A stretch of DNA of 36,916 nucleotides from a virus (lineage: Duplodnaviria > Heunggongvirae > Uroviricota > Caudoviricetes): the IMG/VR virus record IMGVR_UViG_2534681999_000017. One strand, given 5' to 3'. Positions 35,419-36,916 of the stretch are shown here, piece after piece. The notes under the pieces were generated by a model, which was not told the origin of the DNA, ran no database searches, and saw only the letters and a list, made by a program, of their open reading frames with translations. Positions within the stretch are counted from its first letter, which is position 1, and each line of letters opens with the position of its first letter. Made by a program: the position numbers and the translations under genes.

Positions 35419-35608
35419 ACTTCCTCTATTCTAAAAAGTTACCCGCGCGGATATTCGTGCGGATATCTGCACGGGTAAATAATGCATCACCAAAAATACC
35501 AAATCAAGGTATTTTTGGTATTTTGGCTAATTTTTGCTTTTATCCTTATTTTTCAATTGGATAAATAGAAAGAAACCTTTCCTTAGAAAAGCACCAAGAG
35601 GTATCTTT
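35419..35608. promoter_or_regulatory. Divergent early promoter / operator region between ner and the repressor
   Basis: Perfect 11-bp palindrome CCAAAAATACC-N7-GGTATTTTTGG (35490-35518), direct repeats GCGGATAT x2 and inverted TTACCCG…CGGGTAA. Confidence 0.6.
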
Positions 35609-36139
35609 ATGTCGCAGGGAAAAGAACCTGTTATTGAACGTATTGGAATGCTTACAAAGCGCTACCCTTCAAGAAGTGCAGCTGCCAGAGCGTGGGGAAT
35701 CAATATCAACACATTAAACAGCTATTTCAAGGGAGGACAAACACAACCAGCCCCCAGAGAAAGTATCCTTATACGAATTTCTGAAAGTGAAGGAGTTAGT
35801 CTTGAGTGGCTTAAAGAGGGCAAGGGTGAATCACCAAACGATGTTGGTATTTGTGGTAATTTTGGTTGTTCTGGTGATAAGGGAGATCAACTTACACAGA
35901 TGCTTTCATTCCTTACGAAAGACGAACGAGAACAGTTAACCAATCTCCTTGCTCGCAAAGGTGTAGAGACGGTTCTGACACTGCTGGATAAAGAAAACCA
36001 GGATTTATTACAACTAGAAGGCAGGAAGCGCCTGGCTGCGTTGATGATTGTAGATATGCCAGACGATTGCGTCAGAGAGATTTTGGAAAAAACCGAGACA
36101 AGTAGGCAATCAAATCCGGTAGAATCTAAAGCGGGTTAG
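35609..36139 (+). CDS. Prophage repressor (Mu c position), HTH type
   Basis: ATG at 35609 with AAGAGG upstream (track start at 35534 is over-extended); N-terminal HTH …SAAARAWGININTLNSYFKG…; divergent from ner. Confidence 0.7.
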   Translation: MSQGKEPVIERIGMLTKRYPSRSAAARAWGININTLNSYFKGGQTQPAPRESILIRISESEGVSLEWLKEGKGESPNDVGICGNFGCSGDKGDQLTQMLSFLTKDEREQLTNLLARKGVETVLTLLDKENQDLLQLEGRKRLAALMIVDMPDDCVREILEKTETSRQSNPVESKAG

Positions 36140-36209
36140 TTTGGCGAGGCTGGCCCGTATGTTAGTTGCCATATAGATTTAATGAAGTTTTAAACGCTTT
36201 AAAAAGTTG

Positions 36210-36389
36210 AGATCGCAGTATCAAAAGTTTTGCCGATTTTAGAATAAACGATTAATTATTGCACAATCGGTATCAAATAGACTTTAAGCGCTCATCCAGA
36301 CATCACCTGTTTTATTTCAGTATCTTACAGGTGATTTCACCTCCTTTCACTAAAACCCTCGTTGGTATCAAATGATTCACCTGGTTACA
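36210..36389. mobile_element. Prophage c-side terminus with transposase-binding repeats
   Basis: Three direct copies of GTATCAAA(A/T) at 36219, 36270 and 36365; element ends …GGTTACA at 36389, which is 5'-TG on the inward-reading strand; 9-bp inverted repeat ATCACCTGT/ACAGGTGAT at 36302-36335. Confidence 0.6.
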
Positions 36390-36916
36390 CGCGCCAGGCG
36401 CACATAAAAGGGAATTCGCACAATAGCAATAGCCAGCATGGCGTTAAACAAACTCGGCCCGAGAGCGGCAGCCAGTGCCATTGTCAGTACCAACGAAGGA
36501 ATCGACAGCATAATGTCCATGATGCGCATGATGATGGCGTCTGCGCGTCCGCCAAGCACACCGGATAGACATCCGAGTAGCGAACCAATCATACCCGCAA
36601 TGGCAACCACGACTAATCCGGCGAGAATTGATTGCTGACTGCCGACCAGTACGCGGCTGAACAGATCGCGTCCCACTTCATCGGTGCCAAACCAGTGCGC
36701 CGCAGAAGGCGGCAAAAGGCGGGCGGTTAAATCAATGGCGTTGGGATCATGCGTCGCCAGCCACGGTGAAAAAATCATCATCAGTAGCATTAATACAATG
36801 ATGACTGCGCCGGTCACGGTGAGCGGACTGCCTTTCAGCATCCATACCAGTTTTGCACCGTTAAATCGCGTTTGTTTTTGTGGGCGTACGGCGGACGTTT
36901 CCTCGCTTAGCATCAT
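36377..36916 (-). pseudogene. Host DppC/OppC-family ABC transporter permease, 3'-truncated by prophage insertion
   Basis: 179 aa covering the N-terminal TM region and …RIPFYVRLAR, then VTR-stop from phage-end sequence; full-length family members are about 300 aa. Confidence 0.8.

Larger units (their letters stand above)
1..36389. mobile_element. Mu-like transposable prophage, partial: c-side terminus at about 36389, gin-side terminus left of the window start
   Basis: Mu gene order read on the minus strand from c/ner/A/B through gam, gemA, Mor/C, lysis, terminase, portal, head, tail, baseplate, tail fibre to gin; 5'-TG terminus and direct GTATCAAA repeats at 36219-36389. Confidence 0.88.

Noticed and set aside
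35534-35608. Repressor ORF start at 35534 (MLLSLFFNWINRKK…)
   Set aside because: It would run through the operator palindromes; the ATG at 35609 has a proper Shine-Dalgarno sequence.

Overview
Almost the whole window is one Mu-like transposable prophage, drawn in the opposite orientation to the canonical Mu map. Repressor c (+ strand), ner, the MuA-like DDE transposase and the MuB-like AAA+ protein sit at 32.0-36.1 kb; the early accessory region with gam and gemA, one Mor/C-family activator, the lysis cassette and a complete Mu-type head/tail/baseplate/tail-fibre set follow on the minus strand; gin is at 2.0-2.6 kb. The c-side phage terminus is at about 36389, where it truncates a host DppC/OppC-family ABC permease gene. 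The gin-side terminus is not in the window. Beyond gin, where Mu carries com/mom, there is instead a NanS-type sialate O-acetylesterase reading frame that starts at 1932 and runs off the window start; the ORF track misses it because it has no in-window stop. It collides with an IS3-family transposase C-terminal fragment at 3-179. Other points of interest are a compact gin-invertible tail-fibre segment with only one chaperone gene, a lower-GC cargo block in the early operon, a perfect hexanucleotide repeat inside a structural gene, and a tRNA-like structure between F and G. No rRNA or CRISPR was seen. All calls rest on reading the sequence and recalled protein families; no searches were run, and gp-number labels are by synteny with Mu.
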